This document shows, piece by piece, positions 26,641 to 38,985 of a DNA stretch of 64,000 nucleotides. Within the stretch, counting starts at the first letter, position 1. Every line of letters starts with the position of its first letter. The DNA is from Octopus vulgaris (lineage: Eukaryota), in NCBI GenBank assembly GCA_951406725.2, contig OX597815.1, positions 184,574,001 through 184,638,000 of the forward strand, read 5' to 3'. The notes under the pieces are model-generated. The model did no database searches. It was not told where the DNA came from and worked only from the letters and a program-made list of their open reading frames with translations. The position numbers and the translations under genes were made by a program.

Positions 26641-26796
26641 TATAAACTACAGTGTACATTTAAACACATTAAGAGGTATCCATCATAGGAATCCCTTACG
26701 CTAGAAGTAACAGCTAAAGTCTTTACCTTTACCTTCTAGCGTAAGGGATTCCTATGATGGAAGCCTCTTAATGTGTTTAAATGTACACTGTAGTTT

Positions 26797-26799
<3 letters not shown>
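26641..26799. repeat. Inverted repeat, arms about 67 bp
   Basis: TATAAACTACAGTGTACATTTAAACACATTAAGAGG..CCCTTACGCTAGAAG mirrored; the left arm's family recurs reversed at about 24055-24200. Confidence 0.9.
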
Positions 26800-26827
<28 letters not shown>

Positions 26828-27536
26828 ACAATACCAAACAATCAATGCTCTGAATGTTTTCCGTCAAGTATTGTAGAGAGTGATCAAGGGATTAAGTTTA
26901 GATCATTTTGTACGTTACCCACTACGTCCATGCGTTAGTGTCATGTGACAGTATATTTTGCGCCGAAAATAAGACCGACGCGGTCGAGTGAATTTGTCTG
27001 GTTACAGTCAAGGGAATAGGTTCGGTTACTCTAAATTTACTTAGCTTCGTGGGAGAGTGGGCAGGAGTCGTTTGTAAGTTGTCCAGAGATTAAAGTTTAG
27101 GTTGTTAGCTGTATAAATTGTTTGGTAGTGTCACTAGATATGTTTACTAAACTGTGTCAGCCTTAACTTACGATGCCAAACATTGTTACTTGACATTAAC
27201 ACACGGATGTAGCGGAGAACCTACAAACATTTCCAAGACCAGTCATGTGACTATCCTCTGCCAATCAAGTCTTATCTAAAATATCTGTTAATTTGTACTC
27301 TCTATAAACATAGAACAAGCTTCAAACACTAGTCAGAAGCAAGAGGGTTGCGGCATTACTTAGGTCTCTCTATTTTAACATTTGAAAATCAATAGAAAAT
27401 GTGAAACCTATCAAATCTTTAAATATGATAGAAAATGTTTAACTATTCTCAGTACATTTTCAATTTCTATTACGAGGTATCACCAAGTTCCCGGGCTAGT
27501 TCTATAGCACGCCAACAGATGAGAGCGCACACGGTT

Positions 27537-27763
27537 GCGAGCTGGCAGAAACGTTAGCACGCCGGACGAAATGCGTAGCCGTATTTCGTCTACCGTTACG
27601 TTCTGAGTTGAAATTCCGCCGAGGTCGACTTTGCCTTTCATCCTTTCGGGGTCGATGAATTAAGTACCAGTTACGCACTGGGGTCGACGTAATCGACTTA
27701 AGCCGTTTGTCTGTCCTTGTTTATCCTCTCTGTGTTTAGCCCCTTGTGGGTAGTAAAGAAATA
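27537..27763 (+). mobile_element. SINE family A
   Basis: Near full head-core-tail1; GGTTGCG occurs on both sides. Confidence 0.9.
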
Positions 27764-27828
27764 GGTTGCGTGCTTTGTGAGAGTTAATAGTGACTTTCAT
27801 GAGGCACTGAGCCGAGTGACATTGCTAT

Positions 27829-28082
27829 GTTTACATGATTTACATTCGACGGATATTTGTCCCATACCTTGTTCGGCTGATATACCCTCCAGCCTTCTTC
27901 AGATGTCTTCGGGAAATTTCTAATCTGGGTTCTCATTTCTAACGTATTTGTCGATGGTATTTTTCGATGTAATAATAATAATAATAATAATAATTATTAT
28001 TATTATTATTGTTCAGGTCACTGTTTAGAATCGAACTCGGAATTTTGAGGTTAGTAGCCCGCGATCATAACCACTGCGCCAT
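27829..28082 (-). mobile_element. SINE family E: tRNA head, (AAT)n, hammerhead-like module
   Basis: A-box TGGCGCAGTGG, B-box GAGTTCGATTC, then CTGAAGA-A-GGCTG-gagggtatat-CAGCC-GAA; downstream part deleted relative to 38944-38985. Confidence 0.75.
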
Positions 28083-28681
28083 ATTATTATAGGAAGCCAA
28101 CGTGAAATTTTACGCTAAACTTTGGAAATCTACTTAAGGCAACGAGGCAGAGGGTCGTATGGAATATTTCGAGTGGTACGGGACCTTGAACACTGGAAGA
28201 ACATCTCTAGAAGACGATTAGCAATCAGAAAGACCTGCCATGTGGTATTGTACACCGAGAATTCGAAACCCAGGGCCAGACCGCTAATAATATGAATCGT
28301 TTGAAGGAGGACATTTGGTGAAAGTGAGCAGATCTGTGGAGCGAGGACAATTAGATTCTTCACGATGACAATGCACCGTGGCACCGAGCTTTCTTCAGTC
28401 GTGAGGTTCTCGCCAAAGACAACACGCTATCGCTTCTGTACTCGCCTTATTCACCAGCTTCAGCACCTGCGGACTTTCCTCTCGTCCCCAAGATGAAAAT
28501 ACAGCTGAAAGGTCGCCGTTTTACCACCGTTTTCGAGACCTAGAGTAAATCACAGAAGGTCCGCGACTCGTTTACGGAAAACGACTTCCAAGCCGGACTC
28601 TAAAAATGGCAGGAACGTTCGAACCAGTGTACGGCTGCGCAAGGTGTCTATTTCGAAAAAGATGACGCTAAAACTTAGATT

Positions 28682-29075
28682 ACTCTTTTACTCTTTTACT
28701 GGTTTCAGTTATTTGATTGCGGCCACGCTGGAGCACCGCCTCTAATCGAACAAATCGACCCCGGGACTTATTCTTTGTAAGCCTAGTACTTATTATATCG
28801 GTCTCTTTTGCCGAATCGCTCTGTTACGTGATGGAAACACACCAGAATTGGTTGTCAATGCACACAAACATATACACACACATGCATATTCATATATATA
28901 TATGCATATATACGACGGGATTCTTTCAGTTTCCGTCTACCAAATCCACTCAAAAGGCTTTGGTCGGCCCGAAGCTATAGTAGAAGGCACTTGCCCAAGG
29001 GGCCAAGCAGCGGGACTGTACCCAGAACGATGTGGTTGGTAAGCAAGCTACTTACCACACAGGCACTCCTGTGCC
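28682..29075 (-). mobile_element. SINE family B
   Basis: Reverse complement of 29349-29740. Confidence 0.9.
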
Positions 29076-29125
29076 TATAATTGATAAGTTTTTGACAACA
29101 CCTTTTATATATATGTGTATATATA

Positions 29126-29166
<41 letters not shown>

Positions 29167-29290
29167 ACCTGCTCGCTTAGCCAGCGGGGTGGCGTCATTC
29201 GAAGGCTAAAACAATGAGAACGTATTGTGACCAGCGAAGTGTAGCAACATCTGATGTCTGGTCGGTCACGTAATATATGTATATATGTAT

Positions 29291-29322
<32 letters not shown>

Positions 29323-29348
29323 TTATAAATATGTTTATATATTTATGG

Positions 29349-29740
29349 AGGCGCAGGAGTGGCTGTGTGGTAAGTAGCTTGCTAACCAACCACATGGTTC
29401 CGGGTTCAGTCCCACTGCGTGGCATCTTGGGCAAGTGTCTTCTGCTATAGCTCCGGGCCGACCAATGCCTTGTGAGTGGATTTGGTAGACGGAAACTGAA
29501 AGAAGCCTGTCGTATATATATATGTATGTGTGTGTGTGTGTGTTTGTGTGTCTGTGTTTGTCCCCCTAGCATCGCTTGACAACTGATGCTGGTGTGTTTA
29601 TGTCCCCGTCACTTAGCGGTTCGGCAAAAAGAGACCGATAGAATAAGTACTGGGCTTACAAAGAATAAGTTCCGGGGTCGATTTGCTCGACTAAAGGCGA
29701 TGCTCCAGCATGGCCGCAGTCAAATGACTGAAACAAGTAA
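29349..29740 (+). mobile_element. SINE family B, full length
   Basis: GGCGCAGGAGTGGCTGTGTGGTAAG..GGGTTCAGTCCC..CTTGGGCAAGTGTCTTC..GACTGAAACAAGTAAAA. Confidence 0.9.
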
Positions 29741-30656
29741 AAAAAAAAATATGTATGTATATGTGTACACACACACACAAGCACACATATGACTAGAACA
29801 AGTAAAAGATCAAAGACACGGAAATGTGGTAATTGGCAAGGCCAACAGATAAGTTTCTGATGAACCATGTCTTTGCAATCACAGAAAGTTATGTCCAAAT
29901 CTGCAGCTGAAGAGTATTAACGTCGACTGTCATGGCGTTTCCTTTTTCACCTCCATATATTTACTAAAGATTTTCAATCATGAAAACTTTGGGATAAGTA
30001 TAGCAAGCAAATAATCGCTTTTTAGAGATTTTATCACGTAATGTGTGTAAAAAGTGGTTTTTCCTAATTATTTAACCATTACATTGTACAGATGAGACGT
30101 TGTTGTAAATGGAAAATGTTTTAAATGATATAATACGTGAAAATATATATGGTGTTAGGTATGTGAAATAAAAGATTTCTTTCTTTCCAGGAGTTAGTAT
30201 AGTTAATAAGGAAATTTGCTGCCGCTCAATTTCACAATATATAAATATAAGTAACCGAAAGAGTTTAACAGAAGATCTAAACGAAGTCGCAGAATATCAC
30301 AAACCTAACTGTACAGGAAGTTTTATCGATTTAGTAATAAAGGTGTTTATTAAGCTCATGCTTTTAAATTTTGCGGACAACATAAGGTGAGACGCGGCAT
30401 TTATGTACTTCATAAAGCATTGGCAGTACAAGTGATATGAAAAAGCTATAAAGGGAATAAATATCACATAATAGCCTTAATAGGAGGTTTTCTTCTTTTC
30501 TTGTTTAGTCCCCTTTGAAACTTGAGGTAAATATTGTATTGAGTCAAAAGTTTTGCAATATCTTTCAATGGCTTATTGGCTTCATTCGGGAAATTACTAC
30601 GAAACCAGCCGGGAATTCAAAGTAGAGGCCATCGTATTACCTGAAACTGTATTTCT

Positions 30657-31073
30657 TATTTCTTTACTGCCCACAAGGGGCTACACACAGAGGAGACAAA
30701 CAAGGACAGACAAACAGATTAAGTCGATTATATCTACCCCAGTGCGTAACTGGTACTTATTTAATGGACCCCGATAGGACGAAAAGCAAAGTCGACCTCG
30801 GCGGAATTTGAACTCAGAACGTAGCGGCAGACGATATACCTACTTCTTTACTACCCACAAGATGCTAAACACAGAGAGGACAAACAAGGTCAGACAAACG
30901 GATGACGTTGATTATATCGACCCCAGTGCGTAAATAGTACTTAATTTATCGACCCCGAAGGGATGAAAGGCAAAGTCGACCCCGGCGGATTTTGAACTCA
31001 GAACGTAGCGGCAGACGAAATACTGCTAAGCACTTCGCCCGGCGTGCTAACGTTTCTGCCAGCTCGCCGCCTT
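30657..31073 (-). mobile_element. SINE A dimer flanked by one 16-bp TSD
   Basis: CTGAAAC(T/C)GTATTTCT at 30641-30656 and 31074-31089; internal junction near 30840. Confidence 0.9.
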
Positions 31074-31179
31074 CTGAAACCGTATTTCTGCCAGCTCTTT
31101 GCCTCCATTCTGATATTGGTTGTTCTCCTTTGAGGCAACGAATTCCTTCATTGCAGCTTGTCACCTTGAACGACCAAAC

Positions 31180-31580
31180 GGCTAAACACAGAGGAGACAA
31201 ACAAGGACACACACGGATTAAGTGGATTATATCGACCCCAGTGCGTAACTGGTACTTATTTAATCGACCACGAAAGGATGAAAGGCAAAGTCGACCACGG
31301 TGGAATTTGAACTCAGAATATAGCGGCAGACGAAATACCTATTTCTTTACTACCCACAAGGGGTTAAACACAGATGGTACAAATAAGGACAGACAAACGG
31401 ATTAAGTCGATTATATTGACCCCAGTGCGTAACTGGTACTTATTTAATCGACCACGAATGGATGAAAGGCAAAGTCGACCACGGTGGAATTTGAACTCAG
31501 AACATAGCGGTAGCCGAAATACCTATTTCTTTACTATCCACAAGGGGCTAAACACAGAGGGAACAAAGAAGGACAGACAG
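31180..31580 (-). mobile_element. SINE A tandem array (three partial units, no head)
   Basis: Two GAAATAG|GTATTTCG junctions near 31340 and 31523. Confidence 0.85.
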
Positions 31581-31701
31581 AGTTCAATACGTACAAAAGA
31601 AGAGAAACAAATGGAAAACAGGACAAGTAACACAAAGAACGACCCTTTATCAATTCTCGGGTGTGTATCTTTTCCTCATTTCGAGTATATATATATATAT
31701 C

Positions 31702-32010
31702 TTCATCATTGTTCGACCGTGGTCGAGACAATGGAATTTACCATGCTACGCCAGACTTCACGGTCCATCATAGCATTATGGAGGTCCTGTTGCTGGATGC
31801 CTGTATCCTTGGAGATTACATCAGAGTAGGAGAGTGTGCGCCCTCTGGTATTACGAGTAGATGGCTTCCAGAGGAGAAGAGTAGAAACTGCCTCGTTTTC
31901 TGCTCTACAACAATGTCCAGCAAACTGTTTGAAATCCTTAAGCTCTATGGGATACCAGTCAAAATCATTTCTGCCATCAAGGTCCTCTACACAGATACGT
32001 CTTCAACCAT

Positions 32011-32012
<2 letters not shown>
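31702..32012. mobile_element. RTE-group LINE fragments: minus-strand 3' end joined to a plus-strand RT fragment
   Basis: Minus VSTLLLWKPSTRNTRGRTLSYSDVISKDTGIQQQDLHNAMMDREVWRSMV; plus [29 protein letters not shown]. Confidence 0.75.
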
Positions 32013-32051
<39 letters not shown>

Positions 32052-33972
32052 ATATATATATATATATATATATATGCATAAACATTTGTGTAAATGCATA
32101 TGTATATATGTGTATATATTTCAGTATCCACATTTCGAACCTCTGAATTTCTTGTCTTTCTTAATTAGTTCTATTCATAAATTAATAAATTCCTGCATCA
32201 TTTAAACACAAAGGTTTCTATTAGAACTTCCAAATCTCATATTTCATTTCTTCCCATCGTTTACACTAAAATTAATGAAGTTCCTCACCGTAATGTTTTG
32301 AATTTTCAGTGTTAGTCATCTGATCAACGGACATTCATTGTGATTTGCTGTGATCTCCATTGAGCTCCATGTAATTTATTCCACGATCTATGAAGTTGAT
32401 GCACAGAATCTGTAATTACATTCACACGTATTAAAATCCATAAAGTGTTACGTTTTTAACTATGAGTTTTGAAAATAAACTAATTTAATTTCATTTATCA
32501 TAACAACTTGCATTTCCTCAATCAAGTTGAAAATGTTATGATGCAATAAATCACGCAGACTGCGTTATTTTTTTTCCCCAAAAATTACTCCATGACGTAA
32601 CAGGGAAAAACATGTTATGGCTTTATACTAACACATTAAACCACGCATTTTGCCTTTCCATTCTTATTTATTGCAGATAATTATTTGCTACTTTATACCA
32701 CAGATAAAAATCTGATTACTTTCGGAATTTTCCAATGAGACCAAATTAAAAATGAGAGAATTGTAAACTATAAATTCTTCGAAACATTGCGATTCCATTG
32801 AATCATAAGTTTTTGAACGATCAAAATTACTGATCTTTTCTAAGGAGATATTTGCAATTGCTTGAATACATATATTGCCATATATATCCCCAGTGGTGTA
32901 TGATACGATTTATGAAGCGATAATCACCATCACACATGTTCCATTTGCTACTAGTGACAAAATTGCATATGTGGTGGAAATCATGCACTATATCTCGTAT
33001 TAGAAATTCTTCAAACAAAGGATCATATAATAATAATAAAGGTGAATAAATAATGCCAATCTCTTGTTATTACACCTCATATTACACTAAAAAAAATACT
33101 TTTCAGTATATTCAACTGTTATGGATGCCTTTGACATATATAACATCTAAATACATTAGCAGATGTGATCGCAGAGGACACAGTTTAGATGGTGCTTCAA
33201 AATTAGATCGAACACGGGGTGAAGCAAACACATTGAGTTGGAGCGAACTCATTATAAGTAGCACCACAGATTTCCCTCTATATTTGATTGTTGTTTATTT
33301 TTTACCTGAGTTCTTATAACTATTATTGTTTTCTTCTGATGGTGCTGTAAAATTAAAAGTCGTCTGAGTTCCAAATATTTTGCAATTTAAAAGCTTATCT
33401 TCTCATATATTTAATCTTTTTCCAAGCAGTAATTTTTTCAGACAAGTGTTATATTTAATGTACATTCTTATCTTTGTTCCGAGTCGCTTTTAATTTATTG
33501 AGCACGACATTTACATATTTTTGGGAGACGCCAGTAAAGTCTTAAAAATAAACCATAATATTCAAATAAAATTCATTGATTTTAAAATCTCTAGTATAAA
33601 TTATGTACTTTTGTATGAATCTAATATAAAAAGAAGTCAAAAATCTCACCAAGGTTAAATTTTATGATGTCTATGTACTACTTAAGTGATACAAATATTG
33701 CAAACAGTGGAATACATTTTATGCCGAGAGAAAGACAAAATCTCTAATGTTTGCGCTAGAAACTGTCACTAGAAGGAGATTGAGAATTTATTCTACGACA
33801 AATATTCTACTCAGCACGTTTGGCTCTTTCGCCTTGCACCTTAATATTCGTGTTATTTTTCGCACTATTTGCTGGGGCATGTATCATTAATTACTTCCAA
33901 TTTTCCAGTCTTAGTATATTATTTCGTATAATCGTTTTGTATAGTTCAGCGGGATGGTTAAAAAGAGTTTTA

Positions 33973-34449
33973 GGATCTTTTCCTTTTGATAGTCAGATTT
34001 CAACACAATTTCTAGTTAACTAAACACCTTAAAACTTCGTATACTGGTAGAATGTGTTTATAAAACATCATTTTTCCTTGGCTTTATTGAGAAAATTCTA
34101 TATGTTGTAAGATATTTCGTCTGAAAATCCGAGCATTTTGGCAATTTTAACCAATCGATTACCTCCATTTAGGTAAACAACATTTGCTGCGTCTAAAACT
34201 GAGACAACATCCTGTAACTAACCCTAACCCTATTTTTTTTCTTAATTGTTAAATTAATTTAACTGTTACGCGTGTAAAAAAAACCCAAAGCAAAGTGATT
34301 TAAACAATTAACAATCAAAATAATTCTATAATTTTATACACACGCTTTCCGTACGTATACGGAAAGCGTGTGTATAAAATTATAGAATTTTAAAGTGTTT
34401 AGTTAACTAGAAATTGTGTTGAAATCTGGCTATCAAAAGGAGAAGATCC
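33973..34449. mobile_element. Merlin-like MITE with long TIRs, CCCTAA repeat and an internal perfect palindrome
   Basis: GGATCTT..AAGATCC ends; TSD GAGTTTTA/GGGTTTTA (7 of 8). Confidence 0.8.
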
Positions 34450-35138
34450 GGGTTTTAAAAGGGTTTAGTCGATTTAATCAAAGTAACAAAGACTTCCTGA
34501 TAAAAGAAATTGGAATTTTTGTAGCTTTTAAATTCAAAACTATTTCGTTTTATCGTTAACAAAGTATGTTTACATATGATAGTTCGAAGCTTATACGAGG
34601 TGATGTTGGACCAGGTATGATAAGTAGCCGCTGTGGTGAGTTTCTTGATGTTCACTGGTTATTGAGTATTGCTGCCGCCGCCATCTCTTGCCATTTTGTT
34701 GTTACACCGCTCTGGTCGACTGCTTGCTAACTACTACTATCTGTTGTCTTGAGGCTAAAAGGCACTGAGTATATAGCGATGCTCTTGGTCGGATGAAGTA
34801 CGTCAAAAGCCTATGTGAGAGTTTATACCAAGGTAAATATCGCATTAAAATTTGTTCTAACAGACATCCACGTTTGGGGTGGGAGTAAAAATTACCTCCC
34901 GGTATTAATACAGCCTTTGTCGATAATATATAATTTTGAACTGGCTAATCGCGACATCAGTGCCTGTTCAGGTACCGATTTTCTTTATATCGCTAGCAGA
35001 GAGATCAATCGCTGCTATCTCTAGCGGTCGTGTGTCCATTACCGATGGGATGAAAGCAGATCAGAATCACGTGATCTGGTGGTCTCGGCACTGGAGTTGG
35101 TTGGGTGTTATCTTCCCGCTTGCGATATAAACAAACAA

Positions 35139-35372
35139 AAGGCGGCGAGCTGGCAGAAACGTTAGCACGCCGCGAGAAAGGCTTAGCAGTATTTCGCCTG
35201 CCGCTACGTTCTGAGTTCAAATTCCGCCGAGGTCGACTTTGCCTTTCATCCTTTCGAGGTCGATTAAATAAGTACCAGTTACGCACTGGGGTCGATAAAA
35301 ATCGACTTAATCCGTTTGTCTGTCCTTGTTTGTCCTCTCTGTGTTTAGCCCCTTGTGGGTAGTAAAGAAATA
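35139..35372 (+). mobile_element. SINE family A, full monomer
   Basis: Head-core-tail1; TATA.AAACAAACAA-like sequence on both sides. Confidence 0.9.
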
Positions 35373-35652
35373 TATACAAACAAACAAGCGTGCATTCTGC
35401 ACCAAAAGCCTATATGAATGTTTCTCTCGTGGTAAATATAGCAGTAATGTTTGTTTTAACAGGAAATCCGTGTTTAAATAGGAATAAGTATTAACACACA
35501 GAAGTAATAATGCTTCTGTCGTAAAAAATACTTACTCGAAGTGCCACGCAGTGGGACAGAAACCGGAGCCATGTGATTGGGAAGCGAGGCTCTTACCGCA
35601 TAGCCACACCTGCATATATATACATGGGTGAGTGTGTGTATGTGTGTGTGTA

Positions 35653-35691
<39 letters not shown>

Positions 35692-35888
35692 CTTTCATCT
35701 TTTAAAGAACATATTCTTTAAAAGATGAAATATTGGGTTCCAAAAGAGGTCTTCAATGGTTAGATATTTTCATGACATCAGTAATATTTGAGCGAATCGC
35801 GATCGTTTTTGATTTGGAAGTTTAATAATTGCTAAATATTCCTGCTACGAAACCGTTGACATTATTTTACATGCATATAAAACACACG

Positions 35889-36193
35889 TGGAGGCGCAAT
35901 GGCCCAATGGTTAGGGCAGCGGACTCGCGGTCGTAGGATCGCGGTTTCGATTCCCGGACCGGGTGTTGTGTGTTTATTGAGCGAAAATACCTAAAAAGCT
36001 CCACGAGGCTCCGGCAGGGGGTGGTGATCCCTGCTGTACTCTTTCACCACTCATTCTCTCCCTCTTTCGTCCGTTGGCCTGTTAGCTTAGCCAGCGAGGT
36101 GGCGTGAATCGAAGGCTAAAACAATGCGAACGCATTGTGACCAGCGATGTGTAGCAACATCTGATGGTCTGGTGGGTCACGTGATCACGTGAT
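35889..36193 (+). mobile_element. SINE family C (alternative tail)
   Basis: GGAGGCGCAATGGCCCAATGG..GGTTTCGATTCCC..CACGTGATCACGTGA. Confidence 0.9.
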
Positions 36194-37424
36194 AAACACA
36201 CACACACACACACAATATGCTTCGTGTTACGCTCAGAAGCGGTGTACCAGAACTTTCGATTCGTATCATATATAACAAGCTACAATAAATCGTTTTTAGA
36301 GTAATCCCATAAGTGGAGTCCAGACCGACCAGTTTTTACTGGCATCGAGTTGTACGCGGAATAATGAAGTTAAACCATAGCGTGATATTTTGAAACAACT
36401 TGGTGCGTACGTTTCAGATTTGCGTAATATATAATTGGAAGTACATCCAACACGTAAAACTTCTTCAGTTAAAGCATTAAAATATTCCTATTTAGTTTAA
36501 CTTCCTCATTTCAACTATATACGTATGCGCGCGTGTGTGTTTGTGTAGCGTGCTTGCGTGCTTGCGGGTGTACATTCAGTTTATGAATAAACAATTCAAC
36601 GTCGAAAACGTAAATTACAATAAGAAAAAAATCCGTAAGTCCAAATGAAAAGCGCACATAAATCTCAAAATTATTCTTCCAGCTATTTTGTCGTGCATCT
36701 ATTTATATAATTGTAAGTTGTGGTGTTTTCGATACACAATGGAATCCATTTTACTCGGAGCGACATTCAAAATTTACGTGGTGAAAAGATTTCAAAGTAG
36801 AAGCCAAATTACTTAAAGGAGGTTGTTAATAATGTTCTTGGTGGGTGGTTGCAGCAGAAATTGTTGACAGAGTTTAATGTACCGTTTAGGAAGAATCCAA
36901 TGTTAGATTAATCACTTAGGTTAACAAAAGTCGAACATTTTCAAAGAACAGAGGTAGCTTTTATCTTTATTTGGGTTTATAATTGCAAATGGTTAAAGCC
37001 ATAGAAGACGCCTTCGTAGAATAAGTTGTCTAAGTAGATATAATTTTATGATATCACTAACTTCACTTTACACTTTTTGTGAAATATTTACTATTTCACA
37101 GTAAATAACATGTTAAATAATCTTGTGATATAAACTCCTTCATGGGTATCGATTTAGAAATCTAATTGTAGTAAGCTTTTGTATATATTTGTCGGTTCTC
37201 TTTACCTTCAGGGTAATTTTACATCAGTCAGTAAAAAAGCAATGATTATTTCAAAATGGCGAAAATGATATTCATTAAGTTTGGTAAGAATTTGACTTAG
37301 ATTATTTACAGAGGATTCCTATTGTAGATTTGCCAGCTTGATTACTGTAATAGATTTTAGAGCATTCTTTAGCGTAAGTTATTGCTGCTTAAATATTTTT
37401 GTGCCGTTCTAGTCTTAGAACTGA

Positions 37425-37860
37425 TTTCAAATTTTGGCAGAAGATCAGCAATTCCGCGGGCGGGGATAAATCAATTACATCGGTTCCAGTGCTCGACTGC
37501 TAAATATTTGATCGACACCGAAACGATAAAAGGCAAAGTCGACCTCGGCGGCATTTAAAATCTAAGCGAAAAGACGGACGAAAAGCCGCTAAGCATTTGG
37601 CCCAGCACACCAATGATTCTGACAGCACGCCACTTTAATTCTAATCTTAATATTAACATCAGAATTCCGTTAGCACACCAGACAAAATACTTAGCGGACT
37701 TTCGTTCGTCTTTATGTTCTGAGTTCAAATTTCGCAGAGGTCGTCTATGCCTTTGACTCTTCGTGATCGATGAAATAATTATCAGATTAACACGGAGATC
37801 GATGTAATCGAATTACCCCCTCCCCACAAAAAAATTGTTAGCCTTATGCCAAACTTTGAC
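37425..37860. mobile_element. Two old SINE A copies head to head (minus 37425-37636, plus 37660-37860)
   Basis: AAAGGCAAAGTCGACCTCGGCGG and TTCTGAGTTCAAATT..GAGGTCG cores in opposite orientation. Confidence 0.75.
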
Positions 37861-38080
37861 ATCAGTATTCACATCTGAAGTAATTTCATTTCATTTGAGT
37901 TTGAGTCCATGCTCAGGCCAAGTCGAAGACTCCACCCGGGCTCGAGCTGCTGTGTGGATCATCTCGAAGTAGCAAGCTGTGGATAAAATGGTAAGTAGGA
38001 TTGCCCCACCCGGGATAATGGTAATGTTTGGGTATATTAAACTCACGTGGACTGTTATTCATTCATTCATTCATTCATTC

Positions 38081-38111
<31 letters not shown>

Positions 38112-38135
38112 CTATTATTATTATTATTATTATCA

Positions 38136-38172
<37 letters not shown>

Positions 38173-38204
38173 CATCATCATCATCATTATTATTATTATT
38201 ATTA

Positions 38205-38880
38205 TTGCCTTTGCACAGCTTCTAATGCTGGATATGTACTACGGTGTCAACTCTTCACTACCAGTGAACTAAGGTAACACCTCTTACTTTTCGAGCACCT
38301 TCCAGAGTATTCGGGCGGTTCCAAACAGTGCTGTTTTCTGCAAGTGCTCCAACCTTATTGCAGCTCCTATTTGTACTTTTCAAGATTTTTACTCACTGTT
38401 CTCAGGTCTCTATCAATTATTGGTACTACTACCACCTTTTTCTTCGACCGCAACTGCTTAACTTCCCAAGCTAACCTGTCATATCTCTCGACTTTTCTTT
38501 CTTCCTTATCGCATACCTTGTTGTCAGATGGGCATGCTATATCTATGATCCTGCATAATTTTTCTTTCTCAATTAACACTATTTCTGGTTTCCTATTCTC
38601 TATCACATGGTCGCACTGAATCCTAAAATCCCACTGGATCTTTGCATTATTATTTTCGATGATGACTTCGGGTTTGTATTCGTACCAATTTTTTGCTCTG
38701 TGAAGTCCATACTTGTTGCAGAGTGTCCAGTGGACAATCCCGGCTATATAGTCATGACGTATCTTCTATTCCTTCTGGGCAAGTGGCGTACATTGGCTGG
38801 TAATATGCCATGCGGTTTTACCATTTTATCCACAAAGCCTGCACTTATCACTTTCTGATGTGTTGTCTATTCTTGCACTT
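38205..38880 (-). mobile_element. R4/Dong-like non-LTR retrotransposon, 5'-truncated, ending in a (TAA)n tract (38085-38204)
   Basis: CRLC..HITSQCTPLA..RHDYIAGIVHWTLC..QWDFRIQCDHVIENRKPEIVLIEKEKLCRIIDIACPSD..ERKVERYDRLAWEVKQL..LQKTALFGTARILWKVLEK*; Dong elements are known to target TAA repeats. Confidence 0.9.
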
Positions 38881-38943
38881 ATTACTTTCTGATGTGTACA
38901 TGATTTACATTGAACGGATGTGTGTCATCTTGTTTGTTGTTAC

Positions 38944-38985
38944 CACAACGTTTCGGCTAGTTTACTCTACAGTCTTCATCAGGTG
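38944..38985 (-). ncRNA. Putative minimal hammerhead in a SINE E 3' fragment (about 38895-39035)
   Basis: Minus: cac-CUGAUGA-a-gacug-uagaguaaac-uagcc-GAAA-cg-UU-gug. Confidence 0.6.

Larger units (their letters stand above)
27471..28680 (+). mobile_element. Internally deleted mariner carrying two SINE insertions
   Basis: TACGAGG start; ANVKFYAKLWKS; ILHDDNAPWHR..SPYSPASAPADFPLVPKMKIQLKGRRF..KWQERSNQCTAAQGVYFE (DNA..H and YSPDLAP.D motifs). Confidence 0.85.

Noticed and set aside
30657-31580. Repeats of about 185 bp period resembling a CRISPR-like or satellite array
   Set aside because: Units are whole SINE bodies with no unique spacers; eukaryotic context and no cas genes.
30946-31829. Recurrent peptides such as NWYLFNRPRKDERQSRPRRNLNSE
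   Set aside because: Translations of SINE A; they recur wherever the SINE does.
34670-34700. YY1-like motifs (AAAATGGC, AGATGGCGGC) on minus suggesting a promoter
   Set aside because: No supported downstream gene; could be a TE 5' end or chance.
35889-35960. tRNA-like sequences at SINE heads
   Set aside because: Acceptor stems do not close and each continues into a SINE body, so not called as tRNA genes.
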